64,000 nucleotides of DNA, taken from the NCBI GenBank assembly GCA_964016885.1, contig OZ024764.1, positions 14,446,001 through 14,510,000 of the forward strand. The letters run 5' to 3'. The notes below the pieces were generated by a model that saw nothing but the letters and a program-made list of their open reading frames with translations, did no database searches and had not been told where the DNA came from. The DNA comes from Eledone cirrhosa. Taxonomy: Eukaryota. Positions within the stretch are counted from its first letter, which is position 1. Every line of letters begins with the position of its first letter. The position numbers were made by a program, and so were the translations under genes. Positions 13,337 to 26,485 of the stretch are shown in pieces.

Positions 13337-13942
13337 AATGTTAAGGTGTTGTTACCTTTATCTGTTTCACCTGAAATTAAACACTCCCTGGTTTCTCCTC
13401 CCCCCATCTCCCCCTCCCCCCCCTCTCTCTCTATATATATGTATATATATATATGAGTCTACACAGACACAAACATGTATGTCTGGATGTATATATGTAT
13501 ATAAAATCATGTATATCATCATCATTTTACGTCCGCTTTTCCCTGCTTGCAAGGGTGGGACGGGAACTGATTCTGGCTTGATCTCTACAGCCGGATGCCC
13601 TTCCTAACACCAACCTCATTTACAGGGAGTGCTGGGTGCTTTTTTTGCCGTGGCACCTCCACGACCACTTTGCAGTGGAATGATAGGGACCCCAGTCCTA
13701 TCATCTCATTTCTACAGCTGAGTAAACTGGAGCAATGTGAAATAAAGTGTCTTGCTCAAGGAAACAACACATCACCTGGTCTGAGAATTGAACTCACAAC
13801 CTTTCGATTGCAAGGCCAATACTCTAACCACTAAGCCATGTGCCTCCATATATATATTAAAATAACACTTTACAGTGTGGGCTGGGTGCTTTTTTTCCGT
13901 GGCGCCTCCACGTGCAGACGTAAAATGATGATGATGATGATG

Positions 13943-13994
<52 letters not shown>

Positions 13995-14213
13995 ATATAT
14001 TAAACAATGACGACCACTTTTGCTATCACCACCACCATTACCACCACCACCACCACCACAACAAAAACAACAACAACGACCACTACTACCATTACCACCA
14101 CCACCAAAAAACAGAGAGAGAGAGAGAAGTAAAAACAAAGAGAGAGAGAAGTAAAAACAAAGAGAGAGAGAAAGAAAGAAAGAAAGAATGAAAGAAGGAA
14201 AAATGATGATGAT

Positions 14214-14244
<31 letters not shown>

Positions 14245-14347
14245 ATATATTAAACAATGAAAACAATGGCCCACCCCTCTTACACCACCACCACCACCAC
14301 CTCCACATTCTAATGACTCTCTCTCTCTCTCTCTCTTTTTTTTGTAG

Positions 14348-14573
14348 ATATTTTGAGTGCAAGCCCCAGTATGGTCTGTTTGCCCCGGTGCACAAGGTCA
14401 CCCGCCTGGCCGGTGGTGTGTCCATCCTCAGCCCCAGGACGCTGGGCAACACCAGCCTGCGCCTGTCCCGCGAACGCAGCGGAAGCCAGGAGTCGGTCAG
14501 CTCGATCAGTTCGACAGCGTCCAGCGTGTCGCGCTCCCGCGTGCGACTCGGGGTCACAGCACTGAACAGCCAG
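14348..14573 (+). CDS. CLIP1: CLIP1-family exon B: end of CAP-Gly 2 and Ser-rich region
   Basis: tttgtAG acceptor; completes the split R codon then YFECKPQYGLFAPVHKV...SQESVSSISSTASS...LNSQ; CAG|GTGTGT donor. Confidence 0.95.
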
Positions 14574-14579
14574 GTGTGT

Positions 14580-15192
14580 ATCGCTGTCGTAGTCATCATC
14601 ATCATCGTCGCTGTCATCGTTGTCATCATCATCATCGCTGTCATCGCTGTCATCGCTGTCATCATCATCATCATCATCGTCGCTGTCATCATCATCATCA
14701 TCATCATCATCGCTGTCATCATCATCATCATCATCATCATCGCTGTCATCATCATCATCATCATCATCGTCGCTGTCATCATCATCATCATCATCATCGT
14801 CGCTGTCATCGCTGTCATCATCATCATCATCATCATCGCTGTCATCATCATCATCATCATCATCGTCGCTGTCATCATCATCATCATCATCATCATCGCT
14901 GTCATCATCATCATCATCATCATCGTCGCTGTCATCATCATCATCATCATCATCGCTGTCATCATCATCATCATCATCATCATCGCTGTCATCGCTGTCA
15001 TCATCATCATCATCATCATCATCGCTGTCATCATCATCATCATCATCATCGCTGTCATCGCTGTCATCATCATCATCATCATCATCATCGCTGTCATCAT
15101 CATCATCGCTGTCATCATCATCATCATCGCTGTCATCATCATCATCATCATCATCATCGCTGTCATCATCATCATCATCATCATCATCGCTG

Positions 15193-15224
<32 letters not shown>

Positions 15225-15399
15225 GCTGTCATCATCATCATCGCTGTCATCATCATCATCATCGCTGTCATCATCATCACCATCATCATCATCATCGCTG
15301 TCATCATCATCATCGCTGTCATCATCATCGTCATCATCATCGCTGTCATCATCGTCATCATCATCGCTGTCATCATCACCGTCATCATCATCATCGCTG

Positions 15400-15432
<33 letters not shown>

Positions 15433-15872
15433 CCATCATCATCATCATCGCTGTCATCATCATCATCATCGCTGTCATCACCATCATCATCATCATCGCT
15501 GTCATCACCATCATCATCATCATCATCGCTGTCATCATCATCATCATCGCTGTCATCACCATCATCATCATCATCGCTGTCATCACCATCATCATCATCA
15601 CCATCGCTGTCATCGTCATCATCATCGCTGTCATCATCATCATCGCTGTCATCATCATCGTCATCATCATCGCTGTCATCATCGTCATCATCATCGCTGT
15701 CATCATCACCGTCATCATCATCGCTGTCATCATCATCATCATCGCTGTCATCATCATCATCATCATCATCGCTGTCATCATCATCACCATCATCATCGCT
15801 GTCATCACCATCATCATCACCACCACCACCATCATCACCATCATCATCATCATCATCATCGCTGTCATCATC
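14580..15872. repeat. 1.3-kb (CAT)n microsatellite punctuated by CGCTGT
   Basis: Starts a few nt after the exon B donor and fills most of that intron. Confidence 0.95.
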
Positions 15873-15980
15873 AATTTAAAATTTAAACTGAATCATATTT
15901 TTATATACAAAAATTATTTTTTTTGAAAACCAACTAATCCCCACTTTCTCCTCTTCATCCGTGGTCCTCCTCCGATGCAG

Positions 15981-16040
15981 CACAAACAAGGGCAAAGACC
16001 TGGAACACTCAACATATCAGCTACTACTTCAGCTCTTCAG
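15981..16040 (+). CDS. CLIP1: CLIP1-family exon C (HKQGQRPGTLNISATTSALQ)
   Basis: tgcAG acceptor, 60 nt phase 0-0, CAG|GTTTGT donor; TSALQ precedes ALKEK as in CLIP-170 (TALQEALKEK). Confidence 0.85.
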
Positions 16041-16152
16041 GTTTGTGTGACCTCTCTTCTTTTATATTCCCCCCCCCCCCCCTCAAACAGAGACGCAACT
16101 AGGGAAAGTTGCACCCCTGAGCAAACATCGGCCTAATAGTTTATGTAAATGG

Positions 16153-17514
16153 TTGAACCCTTTAGCATTTAAAGCAGCCGTATCCAGCCAGAATTCTCTC
16201 ACCTCTTTCTGTTCAAACCGGCCATAACTGGCCGCTTATACTGACGTTAGGGTATTGTTTTCAAAATAAATATCAAAATCTCATAGATTCCATATTATAT
16301 GAGATAATTATATGAGATAAGCCTTTACTGTGAAAATACAATAGTATATATAGAGTAATGTAAATGTTATGTGAGGTAAAGCCTTTACTGTGAAAATACA
16401 ATAGTATATATAGAGTAATGTAAATGTTATGTGAGATATTATGTGAGGTAAAGCCTTTACTGTGAAAATACAATAGTATATATAGAGTAATGTAAATGTT
16501 ATGTGAGGTAAAGCCTTTACTGTGAAAATACAATAGTATATATAGAGTAATGTAAATGTTATGTGAGGTAAAGCCTTTACTGTGAAAATACAATAGTATA
16601 TATAGAGTAATGTAAATGTTATGTGAGGTAAAGCCTTTACTGTGAAAATACAATAGTATATATAGAGTAATGTAAATGTTATGTGAGGTAAAGCCTTTAC
16701 TGTGAAAATACAATAGTATATATAGAGTAATGTAAATGTTATGTGAGGTAAAGCCTTTACTGTGAAAATACAATAGTCTATATAGAGTAATGTAAATGTT
16801 ATGAGATATTATGTGAGGTAAAGCCTTTACTGTGACAATACAATAGTATATATAGAGTAATGTAAATGTTATGAGATATTATGTGAGGTAAAGCCTTTAC
16901 TGTGACAATACAATAGTATATATAGAGTAATGTAAATGTTATGTGAGATATTATGTGAGGTAAAGCCTTTACTGTGAAAATACAATAGTCTATATAGAGT
17001 AATGTAAATGTTATGTGAGATATTATGTGAGGTAAAGCCTTTACTGTGAAAATACAATAGTATATATAGAGTAATGTAAATGTTATGTGAGGTATTATGT
17101 GAGGTAAAGCCTTTACTGTGAAAATACAATAGTATATATAGAGTAATGTAAATGTTATGTGAGATATTATGTGAGGTAAAGCCTTTACTGTGACAATACA
17201 ATAGTATATATAGAGTAATGTAAATGTTATGTGAGATATTATGTGAGGTAAAGCCTTTACTGTGAAAATACAATAGTATATATAGAGTAATGTAAATGTT
17301 ATGTGAGATATTATGTGAGGTAAAGCCTTTACTGTGAAAATACAATAGTATATATAGAGTAATGTAAATGTTATGTGAGATATTATGTGAGGTAAAGCCT
17401 TTACTGTGAAAATACAATAGTATATATAGAATAATGTAAATGTTATGTGAGGTAAAGCCTTTACTGTGAAAATACAATAGTATATATAGAGTAATGTAAA
17501 TGATAAAGGGTTAA
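16153..17514 (+). mobile_element. Same MITE with a 60/72-bp tandem array
   Basis: Same body and TIRs, ends aaatgataaagggttaa. Confidence 0.75.
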
Positions 17515-18507
17515 TGATCTAGCCACCAGGGTGTTTCTGACCCATGATAATCAAAGACAGAACATACATCTGAAGAAGTTTCTTTTTTTCACTCTCTGAC
17601 GATATAGTTTTATCTGACTTTAATAGAAAGTGATACTTGCCCAAGTAGAGCCCATGGCTTGTGCCATACTTACCATACGCTGGTTACACTCCCCACCCCC
17701 AACAACTATCTTGCTCAGGGTCTACTCCTGGGTCTCCTGTCGGTTGGTTCCTATTATAATTAATTTAGATAAATTAAAACAGACGGGTACTCAGTAAGCC
17801 ATGGTGAAGGCAACCTGTCTAGGAGAGCAGTCTCTCTGAATATTTCATCCTTTGTAAATTACTGATCCCTAAATTTTGTACTAATTCACATATCCCACTT
17901 AATTTTGATGAAAAAAATAGATAAATGGCGGCTTACATTCAGATAGACTTGTACACAAGTATATATATGGTGATCAAACCGAGTTTTATTGTTATTTGCA
18001 GTCCGTCTTTGCATGCTCCTTTCTTTTTAGCTGCATTGCATGATTTGCCAAACATCGGCATCGGATTGTTTATTTGTATTTTGTTGTTTCTGTGTGTGTT
18101 TTTTTAATTTTATTTTTTTAGATCTAGTTTGGTTTAGAAATATCCCAGTATTTACCAGTAGTCATGACAAAAAGCTCACCTACAATATTAGGATATATAT
18201 AATTTTATGTAAGAACCTTTGTTAAGTTATGTTCCAAACACCAACAGTGTCTTTCATTAGAAATATAGTAACATATTTTTATATAAGAACCTTTGTTAAG
18301 TTATGCTCCAAACACCAACAATGTTTGTCATTAGAAATATGGTAATGAAAGGGTTAAAGTGTTTCTATTTATCTAAAATCTTCCATCATAATTATATGTC
18401 AGAACCTTTGTTAAGTTATGCTCCAAACACCAACCATGTCTTACATTGGAAATTCAGTAAAAAAAGGGTTAAAGTTATCATCCATGTTTATATTCTTTTT
18501 ATAACAG

Positions 18508-18528
18508 CAGGTGTCAGCAAAACCCCAG
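18508..18528 (+). CDS. Candidate 18/21-nt microexon ((Q)VSAKPQ)
   Basis: T-tract + CAGCAG (NAGNAG) acceptor, CAG|GTTAGA donor, frame-preserving between exons C and D. Confidence 0.3.
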
Positions 18529-19155
18529 GTTAGAATCCTTTACCAGTCCCCTAACTTAACCCATCATCCCCCTCTTTCTGTATGCATTAACACTAAATAA
18601 TAGCAGCACCCCCTCTCCAGAGGGCCTGTTAACTCTTTTTCTCTAATGTAAACTAACTCTTACCCCTAGAGCTTTTGTAACCCACATCCTTGAGACTAGA
18701 ATAGTTGATGGTTTCTTTTTTTTCCCACAAACGAAATGTTATTTATTAAGATGATTATCATTAGTGTTAGAATTGGTAGAGCGCTGGACAACATGCTTTA
18801 CTGGCCCTTTACACTCTGAGTTTATATCCTGACATGGTCAGGTTTGTCTTTCATCCTTACAGGATTGATAAAGTACCTTAATGATGTAATCAACGTTTTA
18901 ATACCACAATAAATGTGTGTGTGTGTGTGTGTGTGTTGGCATTAGAAAGGGTATCCAGCCATAGAAAACCAGCCAGAAATGCTGCTATATGAGCGAGACA
19001 TGGTCACCCGACCCAACTTGCCTCTAAATGGGACCAGCCTAACCCATTCTAGCATGGCAGATAGACATTAATCGATGACGATGATGATCTATATATGTAT
19101 ATATATATATATATGTATATATGTATATATATGAATATATGTATATATATATGAA

Positions 19156-19242
<87 letters not shown>

Positions 19243-20419
19243 GTATATATGTATATATATATGTATATATGTATATATATGTATATATATATATATATGT
19301 ATATATGTATATATATGTATATATATATATATATTATATATATATATGAAAAACAAGGGGAGAAGAATACTGCATGGTTGCACATGGATTACATATTATA
19401 AAATTAGTCCCTCATCAGTGATTTGCCAACCATCATTGGTATTTATACATATATATATATATATATATGTTGGATGTGAAATATAAATGTGATAGAAAGG
19501 CAAATCTTGGATAAGCTGAGAGAGAAGCTAAGCTTAAAGAGAATCCAAGATGGTGTGCAGGGCAGAAGACTGCATGTGTATGAAGACACCAAAGAAAGGA
19601 AATACATGGGACGAATGAACAAAAGCATAGATTTTCCTCATCAGCCACTTCTGGAAAATGCAGTTTCATGCACAATACAATATATACATATATATACACA
19701 CACACACATATATGTGTGTGTGTGAGTGTAAATATATATATATATACACACAATTGCCATTTTGTTAATATTTTAATTTAACCATTGTTGCAGACGAAGC
19801 TCCGCCTACTAACGACATTAATTAATATTAGATTACAAACCTTCAGTTAGAGGCTTCTTACTAAACATTTGTTCTTGTTTTGTTGTCATTTGTTGTTGTT
19901 GTTGTTGTTGTTGTTTTTAATATTGTTAGGGCAGCGGATTGGCAGTATTGGTAGAGTGCCGGACTCCATGCTTCGTGGCATAGAGCTACGCACCTTTACA
20001 TTCTGAGTTCAAATCCCGCCGAGGTTAATAACTTTGTCTTTCATTCTTACGGGGGTCGATAAAATAAAGCACCAGTAATGTACTGGGTCGACCCCCCCCC
20101 CCCACAAAAAAAACTGCTGGCTTTGTGCCTATACTAGAAATCATTATTATTATTGTTATTATTGTTATTATTTCATCCATACGGGGGTCGATAAAATAAA
20201 GTACCAGTAATACACTGGGATAATTGCTGGCCTTGTGCCTTACGTAGACCATTATTGTTATTATTGTTGTTACTGTTATCGTTGTTATTAATGAGTTGTT
20301 GTTGCTGTTGTTGCTGTTACATTATTGTTACTGTCGATAAAATAAAGTACCAGTAATACACTGGGGTAATTGCTGGCCTTGTGCCAAATGTAGAAACTAT
20401 TATTGTTACTACTGAATTG

Positions 20420-20925
20420 GGCGGTGGATTGGCAGTGTCGGTAGAGGGTCTGACGCCATGCTTTGACGCATAGAGTTACGGCCCTTTCCATTCTGAGTTC
20501 AAATCCCGCCGAGGTTAACTCTGCCTTTCGTCCTTACTGGGGTCGATAAAATAAAGTACCAGTAATGTACTGGGGGTAATTGCTGGCCTTGTGCCTAAAG
20601 TAGAAACAATTATTATAGGGTCGATAAAATAAAGTACCAGTAATACACTGGGGTAATTGCTGGGCTTGTGCCTAAAGTAGAAACAGTTATTATAGGGTCG
20701 ATAAAATAAAGTACCAGTAATGTACTGGGGGTAATTGCTGGCCTTGTGCCAAAAGTAGAAACAATTATTATAGGGTCGATAAAATAAAGTACCAGTAATA
20801 CACTGGGGTAATTGCTGGGCTTGTGCCTAAAGTAGAAACAGTTATTATAGGGTCGATAAAATAAAGTACCAGTAATGTACTGGGGGTAATTGCTGGCCTT
20901 GTGCCAAAAGTAGAAACAATTATTG
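20420..20925 (+). mobile_element. tRNA-derived SINE family B with a tandem-amplified 78-bp tail (other copies 8720-8920, 19929-20140, 21030-21148, 35455-35930, 43675-43785)
   Basis: gagttcaaatcc B box and gcctttc.tcctt..ggggtcgataaaataaagtaccag central motif, recalled from octopus Nin-DC-type SINEs. Confidence 0.8.
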
Positions 20926-21475
20926 TTACTACTGAATTACAATGCCCCCCCCCCCCCCCCCTCCCCCACACTTCTGTGGTGGTTACCCCAATGTTACCAC
21001 ATGTGATCTGTTCTGTTACTGCAATGTCACACAGTATCGGTAGAGCGGCAGACACTATGCTTTGCAGCATAGAGTTACGGCCCTTTGCGATCTGAGGTTC
21101 AAATCTGGCCGAGGTTAAACCTTGCCTTTCATCCTTACGAGGGTTGATATCACATCATCATCATCATCATCATCATCATCACCATCATCATCACCATACG
21201 TCCGCTTTTCCCTGCTCCGTTGCTTCCATCAATTTTGATCGCCCTGCTCTTTTTTATACGGCTGTCGTCTTTACAACATCTGATCCCTCTTATTCCTAAT
21301 TTCTCACTTAGTTCACTTATGTTTTGTCATTTGGGTATATTACTATTATACATCCAATGGAGCATGCAAGCTTCGTTGGATATGTGTGTGTGTGTGTGTC
21401 TATATATATATATATATAGGAAAAAGTTTAACCCCGACGGCAGAGCTCAAGCCGTTCCTTACCACACTTCCTTCG

Positions 21476-21509
<34 letters not shown>

Positions 21510-21679
21510 CGAAATGTGGTAAATGTGGTTGGTGTTAGGAAGGGCATCCAACTGTAGGAAACCTGCCAGACAGTCCTATGCGAGCAAGACAATCACTCTT
21601 GCCTCAAGTGGGACTACCCCCGTCCAAACCCATGCAAGCGTGGAACACGGACGTTAAACGTTGATGATGATGATGATGA

Positions 21680-21705
<26 letters not shown>

Positions 21706-21710
<5 letters not shown>

Positions 21711-21863
21711 ACAGACGTAAAATAAGAAAATTTAAAAAAAAAATTTTTTTTAAAAATTTTAACTTACTTACTTAAATTTTCACTCCGGAGTGAAAATTTA
21801 AGTAAGTTAAAATTTTTAAAAAAAAATTTTTTTTTAAATTTTCTTATTTTACGTCTGTTATAT
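21706..21863. repeat. About 158-bp foldback palindrome next to (TA)n
   Basis: Arms mirror around TCCGGA (21784-21789); unique tail then (TA)n. Confidence 0.85.
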
Positions 21864-21991
21864 TATTGTTCTGCATCCTCCTGCATTGAACCACCTAGGT
21901 ACTATGACATAACCTGTGTATTTGCTGGCATTAGCATACATCTGTGCGCTTATGTTAGTAGATATATTAAATTATCTATATATATATATAT

Positions 21992-22365
21992 ATATACGAT
22001 ATTAACAAATGGAAACTATATTTATAAAACCATATTTATTTCATTATACATATTTCAAGGATACCAAGTTAAATTATGGCATGCCTTCATCAGACAAAAA
22101 ATACAATATATATCAGTTTTACAAATAAGCGTTGACGTACCCTTTCAAAATGCGACCATTACTTTTGGAGGACATCAGGATAGTAATGGTCCAAAAGTAA
22201 TGGTCGCATTTTGAAAGGGTACGTCAACGCTTATTTGTAAAACTGATATATGTTGTATTTTGTCTGATGAAGGCATACCATAATTTAACTTGGTATCCTT
22301 GAAATATGTATAATGAAATAAATATGGTTTTATAAATATAGTTTCCATTTGTTAATATCGTATAT
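21992..22365. mobile_element. About 374-bp inverted repeat (20-nt loop) next to (TA)n; Penelope-like remnant
   Basis: About 177-bp arms, HHR in each arm, tail containing TTGAGTGCT. Confidence 0.75.
22257..22319 (+). ncRNA. Hammerhead motif, AT-rich type; mirror copy on the minus strand (TCATCAG 22087-22093)
   Basis: attttgt CTGATGA aggcatacca..tggtatcctt GAAA tatgtat A atgaaat. Confidence 0.65.
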
Positions 22366-22621
22366 CTACTCCAAATACTTGTTGAGTGCTTTATATCAGT
22401 TATAAAAATATTTACTTGTTGTATCCCAACAATTTAAATAGTACTTTTGCATATATATATATATATATATACCCTCCCATATATACTCAAATAACTGTTG
22501 CCCATATACTCATATATGTACTTAACTGTTATTCTTATATTCTGCAGGCTACAGTATACCCCGCTCCCCCATTTTTTTTAGCTCTCTATGTATTCTTATG
22601 ATATTTTCTCCCTATTTGTAG

Positions 22622-22720
22622 AAAGCCTTAAAAGAGAAGGAGGAACACATTGAGCAGCTACTAAGGGAGCGAGAATTAGAAAGATCTGAGGTTGCTAGGG
22701 CCGCAGCCAAAGTAGACCAG
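22622..22720 (+). CDS. CLIP1: CLIP1-family exon D (KALKEKEEHIEQLLRERELERSEVARAAAKVDQ)
   Basis: Matches the conserved CLIP ALKEKxxHIEQLLxERxLERxEVA coiled-coil start; tttgtAG and CAG|GTGAGT. Confidence 0.95.
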
Positions 22721-22813
22721 GTGAGTGCTCATAACTTGATTAACCCTTCAAAAGGGAAAGCCGCCTCCTCCCTCTAACCAGCTCTGGTCCTATGAAGAAC
22801 AAAACCACCCATT

Positions 22814-22970
22814 TTAACCCTTTAGCATTTTACATGGGCGGAGGTGGTGAGAGCAGACCTCAGATCGTTGAAACTCACCGAGGAGATGACAAAGGACCGT
22901 GACAAGTGGAGAGATGCTGTGCTGAATAGGACCCATCCGACCCTTGCAAGCAGGGAAAAGCGGACGTAAA

Positions 22971-23003
<33 letters not shown>

Positions 23004-23207
23004 ACTCTATATATGTTGTATTTTTGCAGTAAAGACTTTACCTCACATAATTATCTCGCATAATATCGAATCTACAATATTTTGATATTATTTAGTTTGA
23101 GAAGAATACCTTAACATAAGTATGAGTGGCCTGTTATGGCCAGTTTGAACAGAAAGAGGTGAGAGAATTCTGGCCGGATATGGGTGGTTTAAATGCTAAA
23201 GGGTTAA
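22814..23207 (-). mobile_element. Unexpanded MITE copy interrupted by an RTE LINE 3' end (22835-23000); other unexpanded copies 33518-33746 and 50002-50186
   Basis: TTAA-CCCTTTAGCATTT TIRs at both ends; nested insert ends in (TGA)n. Confidence 0.75.
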
Positions 23208-23471
23208 AGGGTTCCTATTTAAATTAAAATCTTCCAACATAATTTTTTATAAGAACCATATGTTAAGTTACTATCGTAGTAATGAAATAATTATTAATTT
23301 AATAAATCCTTCAAAATTCTTAATTAATTAATTGATATCATCATCATCATCATCATCATTCGGTGGCCTCAGCTGAAATGGACCCAACAATTGATTTCCA
23401 CAGGGGTCTGTCGTTCATTGCTGTTGCCAAGTCCTGGATTTCAACACCAGAATCTCTGGAGATGACATCGG

Positions 23472-24812
23472 AATAGGAGAGCTTGTGTCCCCTGTTATTA
23501 GTGACTGCTTGTGGTTTCTACAGCACTAATGGGGACACAGCCTCATAGGTGGCACGATGGCAGTGGCCAGCAAATCGGGGATAGGAGAGCTTGTGTCCCT
23601 TGTTATTAGTGACTGCTTGTGGTTTCTACAGCACTAATGGGAACACAGCCTCATAGGTGGCACGATGGCAGTGGCCAGCAAATCAAGGATAGGAGAGCTT
23701 GTGTCCCTTGTTATTAGTGACTGCTTGTGGTTTCTACAGCACTAATGGGGACACAGCCTCATAGGTGGCACGATGGCAGTGGCCAGCAAATCGGGGATAG
23801 GAGAGCTTGTGTCCCCTGTTATTAGTGACTGCTTGTGGTTTCTACAGCACTAATGGGGACACAGCCTCAGAGGTGGCACGATGGCAGTGGCCAGCAAATC
23901 GGGGATAGGAGAGCTTGTGTCCCTTGTTATTAGTGACTGCTTGTGGTTTCTACAGCACTAATGGGGACACAGCCTCATAGGTGGCACGATGGCAGTGGCC
24001 AGCAAATCAGGGATAGGAGAGCTTGTGTCCCTTGTTATTAGTGACTGCTTGTGGTTTCTACAGCACTAATGGGGACACAGCCTCATAGGTGGCACGATGG
24101 CAGTGGCCAGCAAATCAGGGATAGGAGAGCTTGTGTCCCCTGTTATTAGTGACTGCTTGTGGTTTCTACAGCACTAATGGGGACACAGCCTCATAGGTGG
24201 CACGATGGCAGTGGCCAGCAAATCAGGGATAGGAGAGCTTGTGTCCCTTGTTATTAGTGACTGCTTGTGGTTTCTACAGCACTAATGGGGACACAGCCTC
24301 AGAGGTGGCACGATGGCAGTGGCCAGTAAATTAGGATAGGAGAGCTTGTGTCCCCTCTTATTAGTGACTGCTTGTGGTTTCCAAAGCACTAATGGGGACA
24401 CAGCCTCATAGGTGGCACGATGGCAGTGGCCAGCAAATCGGGGATAGGAGAGCTTGTGTCCCCTGTTATTAGTGACTGCTTGTGGTTTCTACAGCACTAA
24501 TGGGGACACAGCCTCATAGGTGGCACGATGGCAGTGGCCAGCAAATCAGGGATAGGAGAGCTTGTGTCCCTTGTTATTAGTGACTGCTTGTGGTTTCTAC
24601 AACACTAATGGGGACACAGCCTCATAGGTGGCACGATGGCAGTGGCCAGCAAATCAGGGATAGGAGAGCTTGTGTCCCCTGTTATTAGTGACTGCTTGTG
24701 GTTTCTAGAGCACTAATGGAGACACAGCCTCAGAGGTGGCACGATGGCAGTGGCCAGCAAATTGGGATAGGAGAGCTTGTGCCCCTGGTTATTAGTAACT
24801 ACTTGTGGTTTC
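23472..24812 (-). repeat. 108-bp tandem array (about 12 copies) derived from an RTE ORF 3' end
   Basis: Minus unit reads FAGHCHRATYEAVSPLVL*KPQAVTNNRGHKLSY and continues at 23340-23470 as SDVISRDSGVEIQDLATAMNDRPLW.. + (TGA)n. Confidence 0.85.
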
Positions 24813-25176
24813 CAAAAGGGTTCCTTTTTACATTAACAAATCTTCCAACATAATTTTATATCAGAACCATATGTTAAGTTAATATTTTAATAATGAAATA
24901 ATTAATAATTTTAGCAAATCACTCAAAATTCTTTAGTAAACCATGAAACCCAGTTCTGGTTCTATGAAACAGAGCCACCAATTTTAAAGGGCTGCTATTT
25001 AAATCACATTACAAAGTGTACTGAGTGATTTTTATCATGACACCACTGCCACAATACAGAGTGTACTGGGTGTATTTCATTGTGAAACCATGCCTCAACC
25101 GTAACATATTCACCCCCTCCCCATCTTCTATGTAACTGGTTGCCCTACTTTCTTTTGGTGTCGTTCTCTTCTCTAG

Positions 25177-25322
25177 GCGGAAGGAGATTTGGCTGTGATG
25201 AGGTCAGAACATGACAGGTTTAAAGATTCCGCAGATGATGCCCTCATTAAATGGAAGAACATCGCCCAGCAATTGGAGATGGAGAAAAATGAACTACAGA
25301 ACAAGCTGGAAGATGAACGAAG
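25177..25322 (+). CDS. CLIP1: CLIP1-family exon E (AEGDLAVMRSEHDRF...KLEDER)
   Basis: ctctAG acceptor, 146 nt phase 0 to 2, AG|GTAAGG donor, coiled-coil composition. Confidence 0.9.
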
Positions 25323-25479
25323 GTAAGGGCACTTTACTTGGAGTTGAACCAGCATTTCATTGTACTTGTTGTTGTGGTGATAGTGGTAGGAGGATGGCTG
25401 TTTAGCCCCAGGTCAGTCCTGATCCTGGAGACCTATGATCAAAGATGTTCCAGCTGTGGCCATCTTGCCTTTCATTCAG

Positions 25480-25925
25480 TCACAGTGTACCTAGGACTAC
25501 ATTATCTAATGTGTCCTGTCTTATATACAGACACAGTGTACCTAGGACTACATTGTCTAATGTGTCCTGTCTTATATACAGACACAGTGTATCTAGGACT
25601 ACATTATCTAATGTGTCCTGTCTTATATACAGACACAGTGTACCTAGGACTACATTATCTAATGTGTCCTGTCTTATATACAGACACAGTGTATCTAGGA
25701 CTACATTGTCTAATGTGTCCTGTCTTATATACAGACATAGTGTATCATGGACTACATTATCTAATGTGTCCTGTCTTATATACAGACACAGTGTACCTAG
25801 GACTACATTATCTAATGTGTCCTGTCTTATATACAGACACAGTGTATCTAGGACTACATTGTCTAATGTGTCCTGTCTTATATACAGACATAGTGTATCA
25901 TGGACTACATTATCTAATGTGTCAT
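25480..25925. repeat. 51-bp minisatellite (about 8.7 copies)
   Basis: cacagtgtacctaggactac..atacaga, period 51. Confidence 0.9.
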
Positions 25926-26094
25926 TCCTTGTTGTTAAAGCTCGAGTCAGTCTTGATTCAGCAGGAGTTAGACGAGTTGTCCTGTTGTGGGACAAGTGAA
26001 ATCAAGTGACCGTGTCTTGCGCATACAGGTTTCTATGGCTGGAGGCCCTTCCTAACATCAACGACATCCCACCTTGTCTAAAATCTATGGCAAA

Positions 26095-26358
26095 CTCCCT
26101 CGAGCCTCTGCCCTTCTAAAATCCCGGAGAGCTCAATTTGCTGGCCACTGTCAGCAATGAAATCATATCCGCTCTCTTGCTCTGGAACCCTGACTCCAGC
26201 CTGACTAGGAGTAGGAAGCTGTCATTCCCTGACGTTACCTCTAGGGATACGGGAATCAGCAGACAGAACCTGGGGGCAGTGATGGGGGACAGGGAATTCT
26301 GGGGCATGAGAGTGAGATCCATCATCTCGACAGTAGTCGACGAATGATGATGATGATG
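26095..26358 (+). pseudogene. RTE-type LINE 3' end
   Basis: ..FAGHC..LLLWNP..RKLSFPDVTSRDTG..GDREFW, then (TGA)n. Confidence 0.7.
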
Positions 26359-26485
26359 ACATTTACAATGTGGGCTGGGCACCTTTTGTTGTGATACCAA
26401 TATATATATATACCAATATATATATATTTAGTAGTGAAAGAGTGAAGAATAACATGGTCGGCTGTACAAAAAGGGGTTTTATTTA

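Noticed and set aside
14213-15926. Poly-His/Ser/Ile/Met ORFs
   Set aside because: (CAT)n microsatellite; only 14348-14573 is a real exon
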